A stretch of DNA of 64,000 bases from Berkelbacteria bacterium GW2011_GWE1_39_12 (GTDB taxonomy: Bacteria > Patescibacteriota > UBA1384 > UBA12157). The DNA lies in contig CP011213.1 in assembly GCA_001029735.1 (NCBI GenBank), forward strand, positions 76,087-140,086. The letters run 5' to 3'. The notes beneath the pieces were generated by a model. The model had not been told where the DNA came from. It saw only the letters and a list, made by a program, of their open reading frames with translations, and made no database searches. Both the position numbers and the translations under genes were made by a program. Positions 9,062-18,466 of this stretch are shown piece after piece. How positions within the stretch are numbered: position 1 is the first letter of the stretch; the number at the start of each line of letters is the position of its first letter.

Positions 9062-9559
9062 CTATTTCTTCTTGCTTTCTTTTTCTTGTAAATCTTTCGC
9101 TTTTTGTAAAAATTCTTGATATTTCTTATTGCCAGGATCTAAGACTAAAGCCTGATCAAAGGCTTGGGAAGCTTTAAAATAATCTTTCAATCCCAAATAA
9201 GCTAAGCCTAAGTTTACACTGTGTGAAGCTTTTTTTTCTTCAAGCTTGACTGTTTGACGGAAAGCTTCTTTTGCATCATAAAAATTATTTTGTTCTAAAT
9301 AAATTATACCTAAACGGTTGAAAATATGAACATCTTGAGGTGAATTGGCTGCCGCTTTAACATATAATTCCTCCGCTTCAATAAAAGACTTGCGATCGAA
9401 TGCATCGTCGGCCTGAGCTAACAAGCCATAAACAGTCATTTCTTTTTCAGAAAGCTCCGGATTTTCTTTCTTTTGCATTTCAAAAGCTAACGGAAGTTTC
9501 CTAATTAAAATAACTAAAGCTAAAATAATTGCGCCGATGACAACAGCATTCCAGATCAT
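9062..9559 (-). CDS. TPR protein with N-terminal membrane anchor
   Basis: Three TPR-like repeats (NRLGIIY, NLGLAY, ALVLDP). Confidence 0.85.
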   Translation of the reverse strand: MIWNAVVIGAIILALVILIRKLPLAFEMQKKENPELSEKEMTVYGLLAQADDAFDRKSFIEAEELYVKAAANSPQDVHIFNRLGIIYLEQNNFYDAKEAFRQTVKLEEKKASHSVNLGLAYLGLKDYFKASQAFDQALVLDPGNKKYQEFLQKAKDLQEKESKKK

Positions 9560-9578
9560 TTTACTCCTCTGAAAATTT

Positions 9579-10337
9579 TCATACTGTCACCTCAATTCTT
9601 TTACCATCTTTGGTTTCGAGCGTTAATCTTCCTTCTAAAACATTCTGGCTCAAAACTTTACCTTCGCCATCCTTTGATTTAAAGAAGCTTCCAACTTTTG
9701 GTAATTTCGCTTTTTCGTCTTTATAAAGATTTGCTTCATAAGAAAGACAACACATTAATTTACCACAGCAGCCGGCTAATTTAGGTGATTTTACCGAACC
9801 GGCGTCCTGAACCTCAGCCATATCTAGCGTAACATTATCTAAGTTATTTAAGAAACTAGCGCAGCAAAGCTGCCTGCCGCATTTACCAAATCCGCCAAAT
9901 AATTTCGTCTCTTCCCTTGGCCCAACTTGCTGCAAGCGAATTAACTTATTAAAGTCACCAACCATGTCGGCAACTAAGGCACGGAAATCTATGCGGCCAT
10001 CCGCTGAAAAATATAATGTTAACTTCTTTTGATCGAACGATAAATCTGCATCCAAAATCTTCATGTCTAAACCATGACGAAAAACTTTACTCCTCGCTTT
10101 CTCTAAAAATGACACTGCTTGAGTTTTTAACTGTTTTTTAGTGGCTTTATCTTGATCGGTAAATTCTCTTATTACATTGATCGTTTTTTGTTCTTGCACT
10201 AATTTGGAACAATCTATCTCGCACAAAACAATCGCCGGCTCCATAATGCCGTCGGCTTCGATTACTAACTCTTGACCAATTTTATAGTCCCCTGCCACAT
10301 TTCCAAGTTGGCCAGTTGTTGGAATTTTAATTCTCAT
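9579..10337 (-). CDS. ricT: PSP1 domain protein (YaaT/RicT)
   Basis: GRIDFRAL, IRLQQVGPR, CGRQLCC, GCCGKLMCCLSYE. Confidence 0.9.
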   Translation of the reverse strand: MRIKIPTTGQLGNVAGDYKIGQELVIEADGIMEPAIVLCEIDCSKLVQEQKTINVIREFTDQDKATKKQLKTQAVSFLEKARSKVFRHGLDMKILDADLSFDQKKLTLYFSADGRIDFRALVADMVGDFNKLIRLQQVGPREETKLFGGFGKCGRQLCCASFLNNLDNVTLDMAEVQDAGSVKSPKLAGCCGKLMCCLSYEANLYKDEKAKLPKVGSFFKSKDGEGKVLSQNVLEGRLTLETKDGKRIEVTV

Positions 10338-10389
10338 ATTTTCCCTAAAAATTCAGCACAAGCTTGCTTGACTACATGAATATTTTTTG

Positions 10390-11019
10390 CTAAAAACTTA
10401 ATGTAAGACTTTCTAATACTAATTTTACAGAAATATTCGTCTGAAGTAAATCCTTTGCATGGTTCAGACGGCCTAAAATGACTAAAACATCCTCGCCGCT
10501 GTGCATCCTCTCGCGGTAAAATTCTTGCCAAAGTAAGATAATCTTCTCTGTTTCATCGGTTTCCGCTACCTTGGCAGCCCATTGAAATTTCTTAGCCACG
10601 GTCATTTTTTTTAATGCATCAGGGTCTAAATAATTTTCCGTCTTTTCAAAATTACTTTTAAAACCTAACCTTATTTTGCTGCATCTCGAGCTGATTGTCG
10701 GAATTATTTTTTGCTCATTAAGTGTCGTTAAAATAATTGTTGCATATGACGGCGGTTCTTCCAACGTTTTCAAAAGCGCGTTTGCCGATTGAGTGTTTAA
10801 ATTCTCTATTCTTGAGACAACGGCCAATTTTCTTTCACTGTTAAACGGTTTTAAATTAATAAAATGCAACAGTTCTTTTATATGCGCGATTGAGTAATCG
10901 TCAGAAATTTCAAAAAAATCTTGGTCGGAAACTTTAAAATTTGCTTTTAAAACTTCCGACTCTACCTCTCCGATAATTATAATAGACTGAGACGTAAGGT
11001 TTATGTTCATATTTTGCAT
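10390..11019 (-). CDS. holB: DNA polymerase III subunit delta' (short form)
   Basis: SANALLKTLEEPP, PTISSRC; conserved holB-yaaT order. Confidence 0.85.
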   Translation of the reverse strand: MQNMNINLTSQSIIIIGEVESEVLKANFKVSDQDFFEISDDYSIAHIKELLHFINLKPFNSERKLAVVSRIENLNTQSANALLKTLEEPPSYATIILTTLNEQKIIPTISSRCSKIRLGFKSNFEKTENYLDPDALKKMTVAKKFQWAAKVAETDETEKIILLWQEFYRERMHSGEDVLVILGRLNHAKDLLQTNISVKLVLESLTLSF

Positions 11020-11134
11020 ACTTTCAAGCTAACATTTTATGGATACTTTGACAAAGTTTTTCAATACGCCTAGAATGGAGTCGAGCAGGTCGATGCTTAT
11101 TAGTTTAAAACGGAATTTAAGGAATTATTTAAAA

Positions 11135-11431
11135 ATGGATTTTCAAGACAAAACACTCACCTGTAAAGATTGCGGAAAAGATTTCGCATGGTCTGCCGGT
11201 GAGCAAAAATTTTATGCTGACAAAGGTCTTCAGAACTCTCCAAGCCGTTGCCCTGATTGCCGCAAACAAATGAAAGACAAGAAAGTTAATCGCGAAATGT
11301 TTGCGATTACCTGCAAAGAATGTGGCAAACAAGGTGAAGTGCCTTTCGAACCAAGAGACCCTAACGATGTTTTGTGCGCAGATTGCTTTTCCAAGCGAAA
11401 AGACGAACAGAGCACAGAACCAACCGCTTAA
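11135..11431 (+). CDS. Zinc-ribbon / CxxC-x17-CxxC domain protein
   Basis: DKTLTCKDCGKDF.WSAGEQKFY...PSRCPDCR and CKECG...VPFEP...CADCF. Confidence 0.9.
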   Translation: MDFQDKTLTCKDCGKDFAWSAGEQKFYADKGLQNSPSRCPDCRKQMKDKKVNREMFAITCKECGKQGEVPFEPRDPNDVLCADCFSKRKDEQSTEPTA

Positions 11432-11496
11432 ACTTTTGTTCTAAAAAGCAACAAAACAGAGCCTAAATGGCTCCTGTTTTGTTTATATTTCAGAAC

Positions 11497-11688
11497 TTAA
11501 GCGACTGAATACTTATTTATAGTACGAAGGCATTTTGTACAGATAATCATGCCTCTAGTTTTTTGAATATTAGGACGAATAAAACGTCTGGTTTTATGCT
11601 GCGAATGAGGCACATTGTTACCAGTCGTTACAGTTTTGCCACAAAGGTAGCAAACGCTATTTAATTTTTCATCTAAAATGGTTTTCAT
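11497..11688 (-). CDS. rpmB: 50S ribosomal protein L28
   Basis: CYLCGK...GNNVPHSQHKTRRFIRPNIQ...CTKCLR. Confidence 0.92.
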   Translation of the reverse strand: MKTILDEKLNSVCYLCGKTVTTGNNVPHSQHKTRRFIRPNIQKTRGMIICTKCLRTINKYSVA

Positions 11689-11846
11689 AATTTCCTTCCG
11701 TGAAATTTCAGCGATAAACTTTGTTTACCTATAGTTTTTCTTCAGAAATAAAAATATTGCTATATACAATCTCGTAAGATATACTGATCGTAGTTCAGCT
11801 TTTCTTAACTTAATAAAGTATATCAAATAACTGAGAATAAATCAAT

Positions 11847-12470
11847 ATGTTGCTTTTTTCCCTATTTAATTCGCCAATAACATTCTTTTTTGTCGCCATC
11901 ACTATTTTGATTGGTTTTACGGTTCATGAATTTACACATGCTTTTGTTGCGGACAGTTTAGGCGACGATACCCCAAGAAGAATGGGACGGCTTACTTTAA
12001 ATCCGATTGCCCATTTGGACCTATTTGGCACTATTTTCCTTCTTTTAGCGGGGTTTGGCTGGGGAAAACCTGTCATGGTGAATCCACAAAACTTTGCTAA
12101 TCCTAAAATTGACAATTTGACCGTATCACTCGCCGGACCAGTCAGCAACTTGGCGCTAGCGACAATTTTTGGCTTAATTTATAGATTTGCCAATTTGCCC
12201 GATTTAGCGAATTCTTTTTTGATTATCTTTGTCTTCTATAACTTAGTTTTAATGATTTTTAACTTTCTTCCTATTCCCCCGCTTGACGGATCAAAGATAC
12301 TCAGTATTTTTTTACCTGAAGATATTTATAATTTTTTTGAGCAATATGGAACTTATATATTACTCGCCGTTATCTTGCTTTCGCCTATGATCCCGATTAT
12401 TCCTTTTATAATGAATAAAGTGGTTGGTTTTTTCTTTACTCTCATTACCGGACAGTCAGCCATTGTTTAA
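11847..12470 (+). CDS. Site-2 protease (M50 family)
   Basis: HEFTH, GRLTLNP, AGP.SN, FNFLPIPPLDG. Confidence 0.95.
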   Translation: MLLFSLFNSPITFFFVAITILIGFTVHEFTHAFVADSLGDDTPRRMGRLTLNPIAHLDLFGTIFLLLAGFGWGKPVMVNPQNFANPKIDNLTVSLAGPVSNLALATIFGLIYRFANLPDLANSFLIIFVFYNLVLMIFNFLPIPPLDGSKILSIFLPEDIYNFFEQYGTYILLAVILLSPMIPIIPFIMNKVVGFFFTLITGQSAIV

Positions 12471-12514
12471 ATTACTTTTATTTTAAATTCTCCTCCTTTT
12501 TTGATATAATGAAT

Positions 12515-12640
12515 GTGGCGCTACTTGTCGCCGATAATTGGCTTAACATTATATACAACGGGAATCTGCGTCTTCGGCTGCCTTGGTAGTCGAAGCAAGA
12601 CACCCAAATTGGTTTCTTAAAGACCAATTAAGGTTGGCAA
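12515..12640 (+). ncRNA. ssrS: Probable 6S RNA (compact)
   Basis: Closing stem gtggcgctacttgtcg/ttggcaagtagagccat, inner helix taattgg/ccaatta, AU-rich central bubble, terminal stem ttcggctgcc/ggtagtcgaa; extended -10 TGaTATAAT just upstream. Confidence 0.55.
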
Positions 12641-12661
12641 GTAGAGCCATTTATAAATGTG

Positions 12662-12705
12662 CGGGGTGCGTGAGGCCAGCAGTTCGAATCTGATATCCCC
12701 GACCA
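12662..12705 (+). pseudogene. tRNA-Pro-like 3' fragment
   Basis: cggggtgcgtgaggccagcagTTCGAATctgatatCCCCGACCA: T-arm and Pro-type acceptor end; no D-arm. Confidence 0.65.
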
Positions 12706-12793
12706 ATTACAACTTAATATTCTACTACAAAACTCAAAGGCTTATCGATCTCAAAAAAAAGTGCCTTCTATGTCCTCTCTTATAATAACGTAT

Positions 12794-12822
12794 TGACAGG
12801 TTATTCTATTTCTGGTAGAATC
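12794..12822 (+). promoter_or_regulatory. Sigma70 promoter of yqiJ/flotillin pair
   Basis: TTGACA-17-TAGAAT. Confidence 0.75.
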
Positions 12823-12881
12823 TCAACGTATCAATTTGGCCTAACAAGGCCCTACTTTAACAACTAAAGGAGGTGAACAAA

Positions 12882-13583
12882 ATGCATGCGGCAGAACTGT
12901 TAATCTGGTACAATCTACTGTTTGTTATTTCGATTGTCACTGCGTTTCTTATCTTGTTGATCACGGCCGTAACTGGCATTGGCCACGAGATGGGCGGCGC
13001 GGAGGCAGATTTAGATGCAGACGTAGGTATGGACGCAGATACAGATGCTGGCATCGATGCTGACGCCGATGCAGGAGCTGATCACAGCTTTTTGCACGAA
13101 ACCGGCGCTCATGATCATGACGGCAGTCTACTGAAGGCCTTGACCTTGTTTGGCGTCGGAAAGGTTCCAATCTCTGTGATTGTAACCTTAGTCCTCTTCC
13201 TTTTTGGAATGCTGGGACTTTCGTCTAACTTGGTTTTTGAAAAGATGGGATTGCCACCGGTTGCTTACTTCTGGTTTTCTTTGTCAGCGGCGGCAATACT
13301 GTCGTTGATTCTTACCGGTCGTCTGGCTAACTTAGTGGCAAGATTCATGCCTTCACTAGAGACCACTAAGATAACGCCTTACGACTTGGTTGGCAGGGCA
13401 GGGACGGCAGAATACACGATCAGCACCAATGGAGGACGAGTAATTGTCAGAGACAGTCATCTTAACCTTCATGTGGTAGACGCCAGAACAATCGAAGGCC
13501 AGATTCAATCAGGCGAAGAGATTGTGGTTGTCGAGTACGAAAAAGAAGAGTCTCGTTACGTTGTGTCAAAGCTTGACCTATAA
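12882..13583 (+). CDS. YqiJ/NfeD-like membrane protein with C-terminal OB fold
   Basis: TM helix, (DA)n acidic linker, GVGKVP motif, two further TMs; AAGGAGGTG RBS; precedes flotillin. Confidence 0.8.
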   Translation: MHAAELLIWYNLLFVISIVTAFLILLITAVTGIGHEMGGAEADLDADVGMDADTDAGIDADADAGADHSFLHETGAHDHDGSLLKALTLFGVGKVPISVIVTLVLFLFGMLGLSSNLVFEKMGLPPVAYFWFSLSAAAILSLILTGRLANLVARFMPSLETTKITPYDLVGRAGTAEYTISTNGGRVIVRDSHLNLHVVDARTIEGQIQSGEEIVVVEYEKEESRYVVSKLDL

Positions 13584-13633
13584 CCTAGGCAAGGCAGTAC
13601 CGAAAGAAAAAACAAAAAACAGGAGGAACGTAC

Positions 13634-15535
13634 GTGGGAATCGGAGTAGTGATGCTATTAATTGGCATGGTCATGATTTTCGGACCATGGTTTGCGCCCG
13701 TAGAAGTACCGACAGGCGCTCGTCTGGTGTTTTCAGTCCTCGGCGGAATCTTATTCGCCGTCGGCAGCTTGGTGGTCATTATTACCAAGCTGTATGTCAA
13801 AGCGTCGGCAGAAAAAGCCTATGTGAGAACCGGTATGGGCAAAGCTAAAGTCATCATGGACGGCGGCTCGCTCGTTATTCCGGTTGTACATACACTGATC
13901 TGGGTGCCGCTTCGTACCTTCAAACTTGAAGTCATGCGCCAAGCGAATGATGCGCTGATTACTGGCGATAAGCTGCGAGCTGACATCAAGGCTGAATTCT
14001 ATATAAAGGTTCAGGCTAATGATGAAGATATCACGCAAGCAGCCCGATCATTAGGCGAAAGATCTGTCGACGAGCATAATCTTACCGGTATGATGATGGA
14101 AAAGCTGGTTTCTGCCATCCGGTCAGTTGCGGCAAAGTCAACTCTTGAGGAACTCAATAGTGACAAAGCGACTTTCGCTCAGAGCGTCGCTACTGCAGTT
14201 TCTTCAGACCTCAAACACAACGGTTTCACACTGGAGACAGTAACAATTTCCAGTCTGGACCAAACGCCGATCAACTTCCTCAAAGAAGATAACGTCTTCG
14301 ATGCGGAAGGACGCAAGCGAATCGCCGACATCACTAGTCAGGCTAAAGTCGCTGAAAACCAGTTCAGACGTACTGCCGAACAGCAAATTGCTGAGCAGGA
14401 CACTTTAACTCGTACAAAAGTGGCTGAGCAAGAGTATCTGCAGAATAAGGCCGACGCCGAACGCGACGCCAATATCAAGAAGACACAGGCCGAGCAACTT
14501 CGGGAGGCCGAGGTATACTCTGCCCAGCAGACGCAGCAGACGAAAGAAGCACAGATTCTTGCTGAGCAGAACGTCGGTCTGAAGGAAGCTGAAAAGGTTC
14601 GCGAGGTTCAGTTGGCGCAAATCGGCGCCGACCAAGCAGCCAAAACTGCCAGCGTCGAGCTGGAGAAAACGGTCGAAGTGGCCAATCGCAGGAAGCAGAT
14701 TGCTATTGCCGCGGCCGAAAAAGAGCGAGCGGACGCTGAAGCGCTGAAGTTGACAGCAGAGCAAGCGCGAGAGAAAGAGAACCAAGGCGTCATTACTGTT
14801 CAAGAAGTAGCAACTGCTGAACGCGATAAGCAAGTCAAGGTTATCGCGGCAATGCAGGACGCCGAGGTTCAGAAAACAGACCGGAATATGCAGGCAGACA
14901 TTGCCGCATACCAGGTCGAAAAGCAAGCCGACGCAGAGCGGAACGCTGCGACTAAGAATGCAGAAGCCATCAGAGTCGAAGCTGAAGCTCGCAAAGATGC
15001 GAAAGTCATGGAAGCCACTGGAGAACAAGCAGTCATGATGGTTCCCGTCAACGTCTCTGCAGAGCAAGTAGCAGTTGACGCGAAGCGTCAGAACGAGGTC
15101 GAAAAGGCCCGCGTTGACGTTTTGCAGCAGGAATTGTCCGCTAAGAGTGAGCACGAGAAGGTCTCCATCGAACTGGAAACAACTCTGGCCACGCTCCGCG
15201 TCCTTGAAGCTATTGGCGTCGAAGGAGCCAAAGCATATGGAGCGAGCATGTCTTCGGCTCACATCCAGGTTTTCGGCGATACCGAAACCTTGGGTAAGAT
15301 CAACAAGAGTTTCTATGGCGGTCTTGGTGCCATGAAACTTCTCGAGGGTGTAATCGCCGGTGACGGCGAGTCTCCGGTCGGCCAGATCGGCGACATGCTT
15401 GGTGGACTGATTAGGAGAGTCAAAGCAGGTGACACTGCTGGACTTATCGAGAAAGTTCAGGAGCTTGCTGCTGAAAACCCCGAATTGGTCCAGGCGCTCA
15501 TCTCTAAAGAGAGTGCCGAGCCCAAGATTGAGTAA
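13634..15535 (+). CDS. Flotillin/SPFH family protein (YqiK-like)
   Basis: AYVRTGMG, DKLRADIKAEFY, NGFTLETVTI, DNVFDAEG, Ala/Glu-rich coiled coil. Confidence 0.92.
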   Translation: MGIGVVMLLIGMVMIFGPWFAPVEVPTGARLVFSVLGGILFAVGSLVVIITKLYVKASAEKAYVRTGMGKAKVIMDGGSLVIPVVHTLIWVPLRTFKLEVMRQANDALITGDKLRADIKAEFYIKVQANDEDITQAARSLGERSVDEHNLTGMMMEKLVSAIRSVAAKSTLEELNSDKATFAQSVATAVSSDLKHNGFTLETVTISSLDQTPINFLKEDNVFDAEGRKRIADITSQAKVAENQFRRTAEQQIAEQDTLTRTKVAEQEYLQNKADAERDANIKKTQAEQLREAEVYSAQQTQQTKEAQILAEQNVGLKEAEKVREVQLAQIGADQAAKTASVELEKTVEVANRRKQIAIAAAEKERADAEALKLTAEQAREKENQGVITVQEVATAERDKQVKVIAAMQDAEVQKTDRNMQADIAAYQVEKQADAERNAATKNAEAIRVEAEARKDAKVMEATGEQAVMMVPVNVSAEQVAVDAKRQNEVEKARVDVLQQELSAKSEHEKVSIELETTLATLRVLEAIGVEGAKAYGASMSSAHIQVFGDTETLGKINKSFYGGLGAMKLLEGVIAGDGESPVGQIGDMLGGLIRRVKAGDTAGLIEKVQELAAENPELVQALISKESAEPKIE

Positions 15536-15850
15536 CTAACTGCTCGACGTAAGTTGAGCAACGACAAAACGGCGTACTATATAATATGTGTACGCCTTTT
15601 TAATACCTAAAAAACCAGGCTCCTTTCCGAGCTGGATAATAACAATATAAATTATAATTGATCAAAAATTAAAAATATCACTCACTTTTCAGACAACTTT
15701 TTTCAGATGATCGAAAATAAAGTTCCTCCGCTCTGGAAGTTTAGAGCAATTTTTGATACATTAAATTAAGAAGAATTTATTGAACATTTTATTCAAAAAA
15801 AAGTTCACACTTCGTTCAGTAAGTTCGAAAAGGATTTAGGATGTTTAATA

Positions 15851-18046
15851 ATGGATTATGAAATTCAATACGCCAGACTTGTAACGACGGAAAAGCTGCC
15901 CGACCGGTTTTTGAATACTCAACTCAAAGCCAATGCCAACCTTGCAAAAACTCAGATGGGCGAAATTTTTTCGATGACGGAAATTTTAACTCAATGGTTT
16001 ACTACGGCACAAATTGGCCAAACTATAATAAATACATTTGCAAACTCATATTATCAAGGTGGAAGTACTTCCGATCTAATCAATTTTGAAGATTCGCTTA
16101 AAAAAGTAAATGAAACTCTAGCGCAAATTACGCAAAATGGTGAAACTGACTGGATCGGCAATATTAATGCCATCTTAGGCGTTATTGTTGAAAATAAAAT
16201 GCATATTGCCCAAACCGGACGTGCCAACGCTTACGTGTTTCGCGATGGCAAGATGGAAAATCTAACAGAAGATTTAGCCCAAGGTGGCGAACCACATCCC
16301 TTAAAAACCTTTACTAATATCACTTCGGGCGAGCTAAAAAGTAAAGACAAAATCTTGATCGCTAATCCTGAGCTTTACAACCAAATTGATGCTGAAAACC
16401 TGCGCCAGATTATTACTATGAACAATCCAAACGAAGCCGTCATGTATTTAGCGAAGATTTTGAAGAAAAAAAGAGTAAATACTGTAAACGCATTATTGAT
16501 TCAATTATTAACCACTGAGGAACTAGCAAAGCAACCGGTCAGCATTGATAATAGTACTATATATTTAGACAAACCATTGGAATCGGTCTGGGCAGGAGCG
16601 CAAAGGGCCTGGCAAGGAATGATTTTTCCAATTATCAAGGCTTTTTCTAAAGAAACCAAAAAAGCATCAGACAAGTCACTGGAATTTACTAAAAATTATT
16701 TAAAAACTCTTCATGAAAAAAAACAGACTAATCAAATAGTTCAAAAAAAAGATTTGTTTGAAAAAGAATTTATTGAAAACAAACCTGAGGATAATCTTCT
16801 AAAAGATGAAGAGATTAAGTACTCACCGGAACTAGAGGTTCATTATTATCAAGAACAACAAAAAGAAAAAGATAATCGTCTAAATAGCTACTCCGCCAAT
16901 GCATCAAAATATTTGAGCGCTTTTGTTTCTTTTGTCATTAAAACAGGCCAAGACAAAAAGCTTAGACCGTATTTTTTAATTGTTGTCGCTCTTGTGATTT
17001 TAACTACAATCGGTTTCACTATTAAAAATAGATATAGCGGTTCTAAGGTTGATCTAAATGAAGCTCAACAAACTTTAAGATCAGCAGAAGATTCTTCGTC
17101 CCAGGCAAAAACCGCATCGGCGAATAAAGATAATGAAAAAGCAAAGCAACTTTGCGCCACTGCAATTACGCAAGCCAGTCCGATTACAAACGTAGCGGTC
17201 GTCGGCGGTAATGCACAAAAAGTTGTGAGCGATTGTTATGGTTTAATTGATACTCTTAGCGCAACGACAAGACTTTCTGATATTAGTCCGATACTATCTA
17301 TAGACCAATCTATTTCCGGATCATTTGTTGTCGGAAGCAAGGCTTACTTAATTTCCGATGGCGATATTTATAGCGCTTTAATTTCGGGCGGAAAACCGGT
17401 TAAAGTTTCTTCAATCCCGAAGAATAACGGCGACTTTCAATTTGGCGCTGTTTACGGAACCGATATTTTAATTTATACGTCTAGTCAAAAAGTTTATAAT
17501 TTTGACACAACAAATTCCAAGACTACGCTTTCTGCCCCTTCTAGTGGTAATTGGGAATCGACCAATGCCGGTACTGTATACAACGGCAACTTCTACCTGC
17601 TTGATAGTGTAATCGGTCAGATTTATAAGCACGCTTTTGTTTCAAGCGTGGCACAATCCGGCACCGCCTACTTAACCACAAAGAGTGTCGATATAAAAGG
17701 CAGTAAATCAATTGCCATAGATGGTTCGGTTTACGTTTTACAAGATAACGGCGACGTACTGATGTTGCAAAGAGGAAAAGCAGTAGACTTTTCACTAAAA
17801 GATACGCCAAGTCCTTATTCAAGAATTGAAAAACCAGTTAAGATTTACACTGACAGTGATGCATCTTCTTTGTATATTTTGGATAACGGGCAAAAAAGAA
17901 TTTTAGAATATGATAAAAACGGAAACTATATTCACCAATATGCATTGCCAAATACACTCGGCGATTTAACTGATTTCTCAGTCTCAGTTAAAGCCAAAAA
18001 AATTTGGGTATCAGCCGGTAAAAGTCTGTACGAGATCGGTATATAA
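15851..18046 (+). CDS. Conserved hypothetical membrane protein (PP2C-like N-domain, TM, beta-propeller-like C-domain)
   Basis: 731 aa, one TM near aa 375-392, C-terminal YLLD/YVL/YILD repeats; domain calls are inference. Confidence 0.7.
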   Translation: MDYEIQYARLVTTEKLPDRFLNTQLKANANLAKTQMGEIFSMTEILTQWFTTAQIGQTIINTFANSYYQGGSTSDLINFEDSLKKVNETLAQITQNGETDWIGNINAILGVIVENKMHIAQTGRANAYVFRDGKMENLTEDLAQGGEPHPLKTFTNITSGELKSKDKILIANPELYNQIDAENLRQIITMNNPNEAVMYLAKILKKKRVNTVNALLIQLLTTEELAKQPVSIDNSTIYLDKPLESVWAGAQRAWQGMIFPIIKAFSKETKKASDKSLEFTKNYLKTLHEKKQTNQIVQKKDLFEKEFIENKPEDNLLKDEEIKYSPELEVHYYQEQQKEKDNRLNSYSANASKYLSAFVSFVIKTGQDKKLRPYFLIVVALVILTTIGFTIKNRYSGSKVDLNEAQQTLRSAEDSSSQAKTASANKDNEKAKQLCATAITQASPITNVAVVGGNAQKVVSDCYGLIDTLSATTRLSDISPILSIDQSISGSFVVGSKAYLISDGDIYSALISGGKPVKVSSIPKNNGDFQFGAVYGTDILIYTSSQKVYNFDTTNSKTTLSAPSSGNWESTNAGTVYNGNFYLLDSVIGQIYKHAFVSSVAQSGTAYLTTKSVDIKGSKSIAIDGSVYVLQDNGDVLMLQRGKAVDFSLKDTPSPYSRIEKPVKIYTDSDASSLYILDNGQKRILEYDKNGNYIHQYALPNTLGDLTDFSVSVKAKKIWVSAGKSLYEIGI

Positions 18047-18079
18047 AATTCCAAGTATCAAATTCCAACATCCAATAAG

Positions 18080-18429
18080 ATGAAAGATGAAAATATTAAA
18101 GTTTTCGATCTGGGAAAAAGAACAACTAATTTTGGAGTTGAAATTATTTTGTTTTGCAAACAAATTCAACAGAATTCTGTTTCTCGACCAATAATTAGTC
18201 AACTGGTCAGATCTGGGACAAGCATCGGTGCAAATTACTCCGAGGCAAATGAATTTGTAACTAAAAAAGATTTTCAATACAAAATAAGTATTGCTAAAAA
18301 AGAAGCAAAAGAAACACTTTATTGGCTTAAAATGGTTGATTGTTTTGAAGAGAACAAAATTAAAATATCGAATTTAGCGAAAGAAGTTCAGGAATAGTTC
18401 TGATTTTTTCAGCAATTCTAAAAAAATAA
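18080..18429 (+). pseudogene. Four-helix-bundle protein (23S rRNA IVP/Avd-like family), 1-nt deletion near 3' end
   Basis: QLVRSGTSIGANYSEA, AKKEAKETLYWL; stops at 18397, but adding one T restores ELVLIFSAILKK*. Confidence 0.8.
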
Positions 18430-18466
18430 ATTTGGAATCTGGAGCTTGTGATTTGGAATTTTTCAG

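Noticed and set aside
12515-12705. tmRNA or intron-containing tRNA
   Set aside because: No matching 5' acceptor strand or D-arm, no tag ORF, no group I core; 3' end is Pro-type
14405-15262. 285-aa antisense ORF
   Set aside because: Shadow of the GC-rich flotillin gene; no recognisable protein features
18080-18429. Diversity-generating retroelement (Avd-like gene)
   Set aside because: No reverse transcriptase in window; recoded duplicates do not differ specifically at adenines
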